A stretch of 64,000 nt of DNA from an uncultured Clostridia bacterium (GTDB lineage Bacteria > Bacillota > Clostridia > Christensenellales > UBA3700). A program made the position numbers and the translations under genes. The stretch lies in the NCBI GenBank assembly GCA_946615965.1, contig CAMOIC010000002.1:860-64859 (forward strand), in the 5' to 3' direction. Shown here in pieces: positions 1-8,340 of this stretch (position 1 is its first letter; every line of letters begins with the position of its first letter). Under the pieces are notes generated by a model. The model saw only the letters and a program-made list of their open reading frames with translations, searched no databases and had not been told where the DNA came from.

Positions 1-515
1 GTAGATACAACAGGAATATATCCATTATCTAATAAATCTTGAACTGGTTTAATATTGATCTTTGTAATAGAACCAACATAGCCTAGTTTTTCATCCTTAA
101 TCTTAGCAGCAATTAATCTACCATCAAGACCAGAGATACCCATAGCTTTACCGCCTTTAACCTCTAGCAACTTAACAAGTGATTTATTAACTTTACCAGC
201 TAAAACCATTTGAACAATATCTACAGTTTCTTTATCTGTAACACGTAGACCATTTACAAATTCTGCCTTCTTGCCAAGTTTAGCCATAAGTTCAGAAATT
301 TCTGGGCCACCACCATGAACTAGAACAACTTTAATACCAATTAAAGATAGAAGAACAATATCTTCCATAACTTGTTCTTTTAACTCTTCATTAATCATAG
401 CGTTGCCGCCATATTTAACAACTACAGTCTTACCATAATACTTTTGAATATATGGTAAAGCTTGAGTTAATACTTGCGCACGTTCTGCATTTGTGAATAA
501 GCTTACGTTTTTCAT
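1..515 (-). CDS. argB: Acetylglutamate kinase, C-terminus runs off the left window edge
   Basis: Reverse translation from ATG at 513-515 gives MKNVSLFTNAERAQVLTQALPYIQKYYGKTVVVKYGGNAMINEELKEQV...LVHGGGPEI. This is the typical amino-acid kinase / ArgB N-terminus. A GGAGAGAG RBS lies upstream, and the gene is upstream of argJ-argC. Confidence 0.85.
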   Translation of the reverse strand, partial: MKNVSLFTNAERAQVLTQALPYIQKYYGKTVVVKYGGNAMINEELKEQVMEDIVLLSLIGIKVVLVHGGGPEISELMAKLGKKAEFVNGLRVTDKETVDIVQMVLAGKVNKSLVKLLEVKGGKAMGISGLDGRLIAAKIKDEKLGYVGSITKINIKPVQDLLDNGYIPVVS

Positions 516-529
516 ACTTCTCTCTCCTA

Positions 530-1744
530 TTAAGTACGATAATCTCCGTTAATCTTTACATAGTCATATGTTAAATCGCAGCCCCAAGCTACTGAAGAAA
601 CATCACCATCATTTAGATTAACTAAGATATTAATTTCATTTTCTAATAATATTTCTTTTGCCTTTTCTTCTGAGAATGGAATACCTGCACCATTTTTGCA
701 AACATCTAAAACACCCTTATTAGATTCAAAAGAAACATCAATCTTATTGACATCAACATCAGCACCAGAGTAACCAATAGCACATAGAACACGTCCCCAG
801 TTAGCATCAGCACCAAACATTGCTGCTTTTAATAAACTTGAACAAATAACGCTCTTTGCAACTGTCTTTGCAGCTTCTAATGACTTAGCATTAGAAACTT
901 TGCATTCTAGTAATTTTGTAGCACCTTCACCATCTCCAGCAATCTTTCTACATAAAGCAACTGTAACAGTATTTAAAGCGTTCATGAAAATCTTGAAGTT
1001 TGAATCATCTTCAACAATTTCTTTATTACCAGCAAGTCCATTTGCAAGAACGCAAACCATATCATTTGTTGATGTATCACCATCTACAGAAACCATATTA
1101 AATGTATCTTTAATATCTGAAGATAATGCCTTTTGTAACATTTGAGAAGAAATAGCAACATCTGATGTAATAAATACAAGCATTGTAGCCATATTAGGAT
1201 GGATCATACCAGAACCTTTAGCAATACCACCAACATGACAAATCTTGCCATCGATCATAAATTCAACAGCTACTTCCTTCTTCTTTGTATCTGTTGTCAT
1301 AATAGCTTCAGCAGCATCTGAACCTTTATCATAAGCAAGTCCATTTACTAAATCTGGCATAGCATTCTTAATTGGAGTCATATCTAAAGGTTGACCAATA
1401 ACACCAGTAGAAGCTACAACAACGTTAGATTTAGATATATTCATTGCATTAGCAACAAGTTCACAACCATAATTTGCTACATCAATACCATCTGCATTAC
1501 AAGTATTTGCATTACCAGAATTACAAATAATTGCTTGAGCCTTTCCATCTTTAATGTTTTCTTTTGTAACAATAAGTGGAGCGCCCTTAACTAGATTAGT
1601 TGTATAAACAGCTGCTGCATTAGCAACAACATCAGAACAAATTAATGCTAAATCCTTCTTTGTGTGATTCTTACGAATACCACAGTGAAGACCATTTGCT
1701 TTAAAACCTTTCGCAGCACATACGCCACCTTCAATAAGTTTCAT
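530..1744 (-). CDS. argJ: Bifunctional ornithine acetyltransferase / N-acetylglutamate synthase
   Basis: 404 aa. Has the ArgJ hallmarks GFKANGLHCGIRK, TTNLVKGAPL and the autoproteolytic site HPNMATML. Sits between argB and argC. Confidence 0.9.
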   Translation of the reverse strand: MKLIEGGVCAAKGFKANGLHCGIRKNHTKKDLALICSDVVANAAAVYTTNLVKGAPLIVTKENIKDGKAQAIICNSGNANTCNADGIDVANYGCELVANAMNISKSNVVVASTGVIGQPLDMTPIKNAMPDLVNGLAYDKGSDAAEAIMTTDTKKKEVAVEFMIDGKICHVGGIAKGSGMIHPNMATMLVFITSDVAISSQMLQKALSSDIKDTFNMVSVDGDTSTNDMVCVLANGLAGNKEIVEDDSNFKIFMNALNTVTVALCRKIAGDGEGATKLLECKVSNAKSLEAAKTVAKSVICSSLLKAAMFGADANWGRVLCAIGYSGADVDVNKIDVSFESNKGVLDVCKNGAGIPFSEEKAKEILLENEINILVNLNDGDVSSVAWGCDLTYDYVKINGDYRT

Positions 1745-1755
1745 ATATATCTCTC

Positions 1756-2679
1756 CTAAACGTTTAATCCTTTTTCTTCTTCTACACCAAGAACGATATT
1801 CATATTTTGAATAGCTGCACCTGATGCACCTTTTCCTAAATTGTCGAATCTAGAAACTAACAATATTCTATCTTCATTACCATATACAGTTATTGACATA
1901 TCATCCCTACCTGCATATATATTTGCACTAATAAATCCATTTTCAGATATATCATTATCAAAATGAACAATCTTTGAATTGTATTGTTGTCTATATATTT
2001 CTTTAATATCTTCAACAGAGCATTTTAAATCGCTCTTAAATAATGGCACTGTTACTTCCATACCTTGTGGGAATGGAGCAATGATTGGACAAAATACAGG
2101 AGCGTTTTCAATACCAGTAACAAACTTCATTTCTGGTAAATGCTTATGCATTTGTGTTAAACCATATTGTCTTGGAGCTAAGAAATCATTTGGTATGTTA
2201 TTCTCATATTGCTCTATTGTCTTTTTTCCACCACCTGTATAACCAGTTAAAGAAATACAAGTTAAATTAATATTCTTATCAATTACACCAGCTTTAACAA
2301 GAGGATTAACTAAAGATATAAAACCACTTGCATGACATCCTGGATTTGCAATTTTCTTAGATGAAGCAATCTTTGCCCTATAATCTTCGATTTCAGCAAA
2401 ACCGTATGTCCAATTAGGATTAACACGATGTGCTGTTGATGTATCAATAATTACAGTTGAATCATTCTCAACAAGTGAAGCAGATTCAATAGCTGCTGCA
2501 TCTGGTAAACATAAGAAAGTTACATCGGATGAATTGATTGCATCCTTTCTTGCGTTTATATCTTTTCTAAGTTCTTCAGGAAGTTTAATTAGTGAAATAT
2601 CATCTCTTAAAGATAATCTATCAACTATCTTCAATCCAGTAGTTCCGGCACTGCCATCAATAAATACTTTAATCATCAT
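1756..2679 (-). CDS. argC: N-acetyl-gamma-glutamyl-phosphate reductase (short, uncommon form)
   Basis: MMIKVFIDGSAGTTGL Rossmann N-terminus and active-site NPGCHASG. I prefer the tandem ATGs at 2679/2676 behind AAAGGAGA over the ORF-track start at 2727. Confidence 0.85.
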   Translation of the reverse strand: MMIKVFIDGSAGTTGLKIVDRLSLRDDISLIKLPEELRKDINARKDAINSSDVTFLCLPDAAAIESASLVENDSTVIIDTSTAHRVNPNWTYGFAEIEDYRAKIASSKKIANPGCHASGFISLVNPLVKAGVIDKNINLTCISLTGYTGGGKKTIEQYENNIPNDFLAPRQYGLTQMHKHLPEMKFVTGIENAPVFCPIIAPFPQGMEVTVPLFKSDLKCSVEDIKEIYRQQYNSKIVHFDNDISENGFISANIYAGRDDMSITVYGNEDRILLVSRFDNLGKGASGAAIQNMNIVLGVEEEKGLNV

Positions 2680-2805
2680 TTCTCCTTTTATGCACTGTAT
2701 GCATATTTTTATGCATAAATATAGCACATAATGTCCCTTAAGAACGACTTTATTATATTAACTACTAAAATAATATTCAATAAAATGTATATAAAATGTA
2801 TAAAT

Positions 2806-2823
2806 TTGAATAAATATACATTT
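2806..2823. promoter_or_regulatory. Candidate ARG box (ArgR/AhrC operator) upstream of argC
   Basis: TTTGAATAAATATACATT matches the E. coli-type ARG box TNTGAATWWWWATTCANW with one mismatch. It lies about 125 nt upstream of the argC start. The background is AT-rich, so a chance match is possible. Confidence 0.3.
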
Positions 2824-2838
2824 TTTGCATAAAAAAAC

Positions 2839-3156
2839 AAGATGGTCTATAAGCCGAGTTCTGTATTAGATGATCATCTGTCTAGACATACTGTTACCAA
2901 TATGTTCAAGCGATTGCGAGACTAGCAGGCTACCTTAACGTCTCTTTCTTGCACCAAGTGGGGTTTACAGGGCTCCCCATGTCACCACGGGGACGGTGAG
3001 CTCTTACCTCGCCTTTCCATCCTTACCATTTCTGGCGGTTTATTTCTGTTGCACTTTCCTTCAAGTCACCTTGACTGGCCGTTAACCAGCACTCTGCCTT
3101 GTGGTGCTCGGACTTTCCTCATTCCTATTAGGACTGCGATCATCTGGCCATCTTGC
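2839..3156 (-). ncRNA. rnpB: RNase P RNA
   Basis: The minus strand reads GCAAGATGGCCAGATGATCGCAGTCC...GAGGAAAGTCCGAGCACCACAAGGCAGAGTGCTGGTTAACGGCCAG...ACAGAACTCGGCTTATAGACCATCTTG. It contains the universal GAGGAAAGTCCG and ACAGAAC.CGGCTTAT motifs and a closing P1 helix (CAAGATGGCC/GGTCTATCTTG-type pairing). The region is visibly more GC-rich than its surroundings. Confidence 0.85.
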
Positions 3157-3194
3157 ATACTTATATTACTATTATATATAAATAAAAGTCAAAA

Positions 3195-3213
3195 AGAATG
3201 CACTATGCACTCT
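3195..3213 (-). terminator. Possible intrinsic terminator at the end of the nrdR-lipoprotein transcript
   Basis: Minus strand AGAGUGCA-UAG-UGCAUUCU forms 8 bp including one G.U, followed by UUUUUG. The hairpin overlaps the stop codon of the lipoprotein gene. Confidence 0.4.
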
Positions 3214-4231
3214 TTCTAACTCTTACAATTGGCAAAAATCCTTTGTATGTTTCTGTATCCCTAAAATCTTCAGATACCAGCGCTGTTGATGAGATATTTC
3301 CTTGTGTTGTTACAAAATAAACAGAGGCAGCATGTTCATTTCCATATGGGGATCTTAACCACCATTCACCATACCTTCTCTCTACTTTGTCTTTTGTTCT
3401 AATTGCAAATAATACACCTTTAGCAATTGCATAATCTGAAACTTCAGTTAATCTTTTATTTGTTGCTATATCTCCACTATCTACAAAGCCATATGTTGAT
3501 CTTGTAGCTTCGTTAACACTTAGTGAATAAATCTTATCTTCTGTATTTTTTTGAACAGATGTAAATGCATTATTATTGTTGTATTTTGTTTTATTATCTA
3601 CAGTTGTTACAACAATATCCTTTACTTGATTTGTATCAAAGGCTTTTTTATAGAAAGTATTAGCAAATTTTCTTAATGTTGAATATTCATAAGAATTAGC
3701 ATATACCCATTTATCTCCGCCGTTATATTTAACGCCTTCATCATCTTTATAGAAATATCTTTCTGTAGAATCTCCTGCAATATTTGCAATGTTTTGGAAA
3801 TTAGTAATATCTAAAATCTTATTTGACATACAAACAAATGCATTGTCTTCTTTTGAATAGATGATATTCCATATAATATCTTCAACAACAAATGCGTATT
3901 CTTGACCTGCAATAACAGAACTACCATTTGAGAATGTAGCATCCTCCACACTAGGTGTTGCTGTAATTATTGCATATGTTTTTCCATTATATTTGTAATA
4001 ACCTGTTGATTCATCATATTCTCCAGTTTTGATATCACTAAGTTCTACATTCTTAGCGATTGTTTGTGGATATGAACCAAAAGATATTTGTTTTGAAGTA
4101 ACAAAAGTATAAGATAAAGAATCTTTCTCTTCTTGTTTTGTATTATCATCTTTCTTACATGCAAACAAACATGTTGAACAAATAATAGATAAAATTATTA
4201 CAACTGAAAATATTTTTATAAACTTTTTCAT
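3203..4231 (-). CDS. Putative lipoprotein, DUF6273-like
   Basis: Signal peptide plus lipobox: MKKFIKIFSVVIILSIICSTCLFA-CKKDD. Shows FGSYPQT and C-terminal YGEWWLRSP motifs that I recall from a family of gut-Firmicute extracellular proteins. The start overlaps the nrdR stop. Confidence 0.55.
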   Translation of the reverse strand: MKKFIKIFSVVIILSIICSTCLFACKKDDNTKQEEKDSLSYTFVTSKQISFGSYPQTIAKNVELSDIKTGEYDESTGYYKYNGKTYAIITATPSVEDATFSNGSSVIAGQEYAFVVEDIIWNIIYSKEDNAFVCMSNKILDITNFQNIANIAGDSTERYFYKDDEGVKYNGGDKWVYANSYEYSTLRKFANTFYKKAFDTNQVKDIVVTTVDNKTKYNNNNAFTSVQKNTEDKIYSLSVNEATRSTYGFVDSGDIATNKRLTEVSDYAIAKGVLFAIRTKDKVERRYGEWWLRSPYGNEHAASVYFVTTQGNISSTALVSEDFRDTETYKGFLPIVRVRKSA

Positions 4232-4689
4232 TATTTCTTCTCTTTTACTAAATCTTTGATTTCAGATAGCCAGCTGTTAATATCTTTAAATTCTCTATAT
4301 ACAGCAGCAAATCTAATATAAGCTACATCATCTAATTTCTTTAAGCCTTCCATAGCATATTCACCAATTTGAGATGATGTTACTTCTTGTTCTAAAGAAT
4401 TAGCAATTTTCTTTTCTATATCATCAACAAGTTTATCTATCTTTTCCATTGGAACAGGACGCTTAGCGCAAGCAGATAAAATACCTTGCTTTAATTTGTT
4501 TCTTGAGAATGGTTGTCTATCTCCATTCTTTTTAATTACAAGGATTGGAGCAATTTCAATAGTTTCATAAGTTGTAAAACGTCTGCCGCATTGCATGCAT
4601 TCACGTCTTCTTCTTATTGATGTTCCATCTTCATTTAATCTACTGTCTATAACTTTACTTTCTAGACATCCACAAAAGCTACATTTCAT
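4231..4689 (-). CDS. nrdR: Transcriptional repressor NrdR
   Basis: MKCSFCGCLESKVIDSRLNEDGTSIRRRRECMQCGRRFTTYE zinc ribbon followed by an ATP-cone. 152 aa. Confidence 0.92.
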   Translation of the reverse strand: MKCSFCGCLESKVIDSRLNEDGTSIRRRRECMQCGRRFTTYETIEIAPILVIKKNGDRQPFSRNKLKQGILSACAKRPVPMEKIDKLVDDIEKKIANSLEQEVTSSQIGEYAMEGLKKLDDVAYIRFAAVYREFKDINSWLSEIKDLVKEKK

Positions 4690-4692
4690 ATA

Positions 4693-6882
4693 TTAACTCC
4701 ATAACCAGAATTTCTTCTTTTTCTTATCGACTTGTTTACTAGTTGTTGTTTGCTTTGGTTTATTAACAGGGTTTGGTGCTTCTACTTTAGCTGCCTTTGT
4801 AGGTGTTGCAGTAGTACTTACGCTTCCTCCCTCATATTGAACCAATCTATCATAATACTCATCAAATAAATTTAAGTTTGGAATAGATATTCTATATTTC
4901 TTTGGAATAGCTTTATATCTATTCTCTAGTTTTGTATATAGTTCCCTACTTGGAACTTTTTCCCTAGGCAATTTAGAGAAATAATTGTTCAAAACATTAG
5001 CATCATTCTTATACTTTTTGTCATAACCATTAGTAAGAGTTTCAGTAAAACCTTTAACATATTTCTTATATTGGTCATCCAAATTCGTATACATCTTTTC
5101 AGCACGAATTAATTGTTCTCTTGTAGGAACTTCTGCTTCTTCAATCTCAGTTAGAACATTCTGAACTCTTGTTATTTCAGTCATCTTCATTTTCTTAGCA
5201 GCATCACCTACAACCTTTCCAATATCGCCTGTTAATTCTTGTTCATCATCAGAAAGGTTCTTATAATCTTCTTGAATTTGAATAATATCATCATAATTTG
5301 GATATTCTTTATTATTCACATAATTCAATCTTGTATTAAAGTCAGAAATCTTATTTTCTCTAATCTTCTTTTTAGCATTTAATATAATTTCTTTTAAGTC
5401 TTCAACATATTTTCTAGAAGCAGGTCCTAGTTTCTCATATAATTGGTGAATTTCTTCAATATCCTCTTCTGTTGGTCTTGGATTAATTCTAAGGTTTTGT
5501 AATGCGGTATTAACTTTTTCTGCACTTAATCTTAAATAATCATCCCTTTCTTTAACTAATCCATCAACGAAGTCCATTTTGCCACTTTGTTTAGCAAATT
5601 TAGATAACACTTTAAAGTTAATCGATTCTTTGAAATTATCATGCATAATAAGCTCTTTTGCACTTTGAGCTTGGAAATCTACAAGCAATTTATAGTACCA
5701 AATTAAGTAGTTCTCAGCATCAATAAGTTCGGCTTTTTTAATTAACTTTCCAGCTTCTTCAAAGTCACCTAAATCTTCAATAGTAACTTTGATGAGTTTT
5801 AATACAGAAACAAGTGCTGGATCCATATGTTCAACTTGCATTCTTCTTGTATCATCTAATGCTTTAGATACTTCTATTCTTTGTTGACCATAAATAGCTT
5901 CCATTAATTTTCTAATGTTATTTCTATTCTCATCAATTTCTTCTTGTTGTTTAGCATCCATATTAATAGGATGAATGATATTATTTAAAGATTCTTCAAT
6001 ATCCTTCATTAATGAGATACCATATTTCAAACCTTGCATATGAGATAACTCAATTGGTAAATCATCTGGAGTAAATCCATCAGTAAAAATAGGAATAATA
6101 CAAGCCTTATTACTACCTGGCTTTGAATCATTTAATTGTAAGAATCTCTTCCATTCGTTTTGTAACCAATGGCTTTCTAGATATTCTTTATGAGAACAAA
6201 TTAATAGCATTACTTTAGCTGTATATAAACCATAATAAATATTTGGTTCATATTCTCTAACTCTAATACCTTTTAGAGACTTTTCACTAAAGAATACTCT
6301 ATATTTTGAAGCAAGCTCAGAGTAGATTTCACTAGCTAAGTCATAATCTGTTGAGAATATGTCTGAATTTAATTCTGTCTTCTTAAAGCAGATAAATACA
6401 TCATATGGTTTTGTCGATTCAATAATCTTAGCTGCTTTTTCACGAGCATCTTCAATAATATTTAATCTATCTTGATAATCTAACAATTTCTCTGGAGATG
6501 TTTTCTTCAGATAATTCATAAATGTTAGATATTGATCAGTCTGTGTTATAGGATTTTCTTTTACTTTAAAGAATGATGGGAATAAATTGCCATTATTATC
6601 TACTTCAAGCATTACTTGTTGATCGCAAAGTAATAATCCCCAATAAGCAGCTGTTAAATCTTCTTCAGGATATTTAGCAATAATTGATTCGTACATAGAT
6701 TTAGCCTTAGAAAAGTCTGCAAATTGTCTTTGAGAATTTGCAATTCTTAAATCAATAAACATCTGGCTATCTGCTTGTCTTTTAGTATATGTGTTACCGC
6801 AAGATTCACAGATGTATAAATCACCCTCTCTTCTACAGTGGGTGCTTAAACATACCGGACATTGAAAGGCTTCTAATTTCAT
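4693..6882 (-). CDS. Zn-ribbon / helical / TIR-domain protein with four 58-aa repeats and a polybasic-aromatic C-terminal tail
   Basis: N-terminal CPVC...CESC ribbon. TIR-like core at about aa 159-290 (YDVFICFKKTE...VMLLICSHKEYLESHWLQNEWKRF). Repeats at about aa 457-680. Ends KKKKKFWLWS. RBS AAGGAG upstream. Confidence 0.75.
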   Translation of the reverse strand: MKLEAFQCPVCLSTHCRREGDLYICESCGNTYTKRQADSQMFIDLRIANSQRQFADFSKAKSMYESIIAKYPEEDLTAAYWGLLLCDQQVMLEVDNNGNLFPSFFKVKENPITQTDQYLTFMNYLKKTSPEKLLDYQDRLNIIEDAREKAAKIIESTKPYDVFICFKKTELNSDIFSTDYDLASEIYSELASKYRVFFSEKSLKGIRVREYEPNIYYGLYTAKVMLLICSHKEYLESHWLQNEWKRFLQLNDSKPGSNKACIIPIFTDGFTPDDLPIELSHMQGLKYGISLMKDIEESLNNIIHPINMDAKQQEEIDENRNNIRKLMEAIYGQQRIEVSKALDDTRRMQVEHMDPALVSVLKLIKVTIEDLGDFEEAGKLIKKAELIDAENYLIWYYKLLVDFQAQSAKELIMHDNFKESINFKVLSKFAKQSGKMDFVDGLVKERDDYLRLSAEKVNTALQNLRINPRPTEEDIEEIHQLYEKLGPASRKYVEDLKEIILNAKKKIRENKISDFNTRLNYVNNKEYPNYDDIIQIQEDYKNLSDDEQELTGDIGKVVGDAAKKMKMTEITRVQNVLTEIEEAEVPTREQLIRAEKMYTNLDDQYKKYVKGFTETLTNGYDKKYKNDANVLNNYFSKLPREKVPSRELYTKLENRYKAIPKKYRISIPNLNLFDEYYDRLVQYEGGSVSTTATPTKAAKVEAPNPVNKPKQTTTSKQVDKKKKKFWLWS

Positions 6883-6891
6883 ATAGAATCT

Positions 6892-8328
6892 CTACTCCTT
6901 ACATTTAAACTCTTGCATTGGTTTTTTCTTGAATTCTATATCCATTAAACCAAGTTGAGTTTTAATTATTTTTCTCATTTCTACTGCAGGCTGTAAGCAA
7001 TATTTCTTAAATAATTCCTTATCTACCTTATCTACATTATCCCAGCATGGGAATAATAATTTAACGAATGCAGTTGTTATTCTCTTTACCGCTTTTGTAT
7101 CTCTTGTATCTGCATCATTTGGCACAACTACAAGTTCATCAACAATTGCTTTTTCTATTACATCTTCTCTAAGAGCATGCATTATTTCTGAGAAATATTC
7201 AGTATTCAATGCCCATCCATTTACTTTCATATTCTCATTCATTCTAGGTACATCCCATCCTTTAATAAATCCGTGGAATCTATCTATTAATGCAGAATCT
7301 TCAAATAACGATGGCAACTCTTCTAGCATGTTAACATTTGTGTCCATCTTTTCTTGTCTTATATTTCCAAGAACGATTACTCCGGCTTTTCCTGCACCTG
7401 ATTTTAGTCCGACATTAAACGTTCCTGATTCAAGATATCCCTTCATTGCACCACGCATTTCATCAATGTCTGGAAACTTAATTGTAGATATCTCATCAAG
7501 TGCTACGTAGTCATAATATGAAACAAGTCCTTCTTGATGCTTATTCATATCATAGAACATTTTTGCTCTTGTCATTACACCGCCAGATACAAGCCATCCT
7601 TTCTTACTAATTTGAGAAAAGATATAACTCTTTCCAGTTCCTTTAGGTGCTAGTTCCATAAGGTTCAATCTTTCTTCAACAAATGGAAGCAATCTTGTAA
7701 GCATTGTTAACTTTTCAAGTTCTGTTTTAAATCCAGCTGCATTGTAATCAATAGCACCTAAGATTACATCTATCCATTCATCAATAGTAAATTGCTCTCT
7801 TGCCTTCTTAAAGAATTCTAGATCTATCTTATATGGTCTAAAATCTTTAAACCCAACAAGAACAATCTTTCCTTCTTGTTTCTTACCTTTAGTTATATTT
7901 TGATATTCTAAATCTAGAATTCCCCAAAACTCGCCATCAGATACAAGGAGTTCTTTTTTATATTTTGTCCAAACACTTTGTGGTATATGTGTTTGTTGGT
8001 ATGTTATCCCAAAATCTGGAAGAGCGAATGTTACTTCAGATGTCTTAATATCTATATTTACTGAAAGCTTAGCTAAAAACCTTACTTTTTCGCCAGATAT
8101 TAATTTATCTAATATGGCATTCCACTCATCTTTACGAGGCATTACGTCTTTAATTTTTTCTAAAACAAAATTAACGTTAACATTTCCATCGGCATCTGCA
8201 TACTTTTTAATAAACCAGTCTCTTATAAAAGCTGGTAAATTAAGAGATGAAAATACACCCTGTAGTGATGACTTTTTAACTATCATCCCATCAAAGCTTT
8301 GTTTTAGCTTTAATTCCACATCGCTCAT
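6892..8328 (-). CDS. BrxL-like AAA+ protein (BREX Lon-like family N-terminal and ATPase regions, no Lon protease domain)
   Basis: 478 aa. Walker A LAPKGTGKSY, Walker B-like YVALDEIS. The blocks FTIDEWIDVILGAI, SALIDRFHGFIKGWDVP and the N-terminal FDGMIVKKSSL...LPAFIRDWF are collinear with BrxL as I remember it. The protein ends where the BrxL protease domain would begin. Confidence 0.65.
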   Translation of the reverse strand: MSDVELKLKQSFDGMIVKKSSLQGVFSSLNLPAFIRDWFIKKYADADGNVNVNFVLEKIKDVMPRKDEWNAILDKLISGEKVRFLAKLSVNIDIKTSEVTFALPDFGITYQQTHIPQSVWTKYKKELLVSDGEFWGILDLEYQNITKGKKQEGKIVLVGFKDFRPYKIDLEFFKKAREQFTIDEWIDVILGAIDYNAAGFKTELEKLTMLTRLLPFVEERLNLMELAPKGTGKSYIFSQISKKGWLVSGGVMTRAKMFYDMNKHQEGLVSYYDYVALDEISTIKFPDIDEMRGAMKGYLESGTFNVGLKSGAGKAGVIVLGNIRQEKMDTNVNMLEELPSLFEDSALIDRFHGFIKGWDVPRMNENMKVNGWALNTEYFSEIMHALREDVIEKAIVDELVVVPNDADTRDTKAVKRITTAFVKLLFPCWDNVDKVDKELFKKYCLQPAVEMRKIIKTQLGLMDIEFKKKPMQEFKCKE

Positions 8329-8340
8329 GTAGATTCTCCT

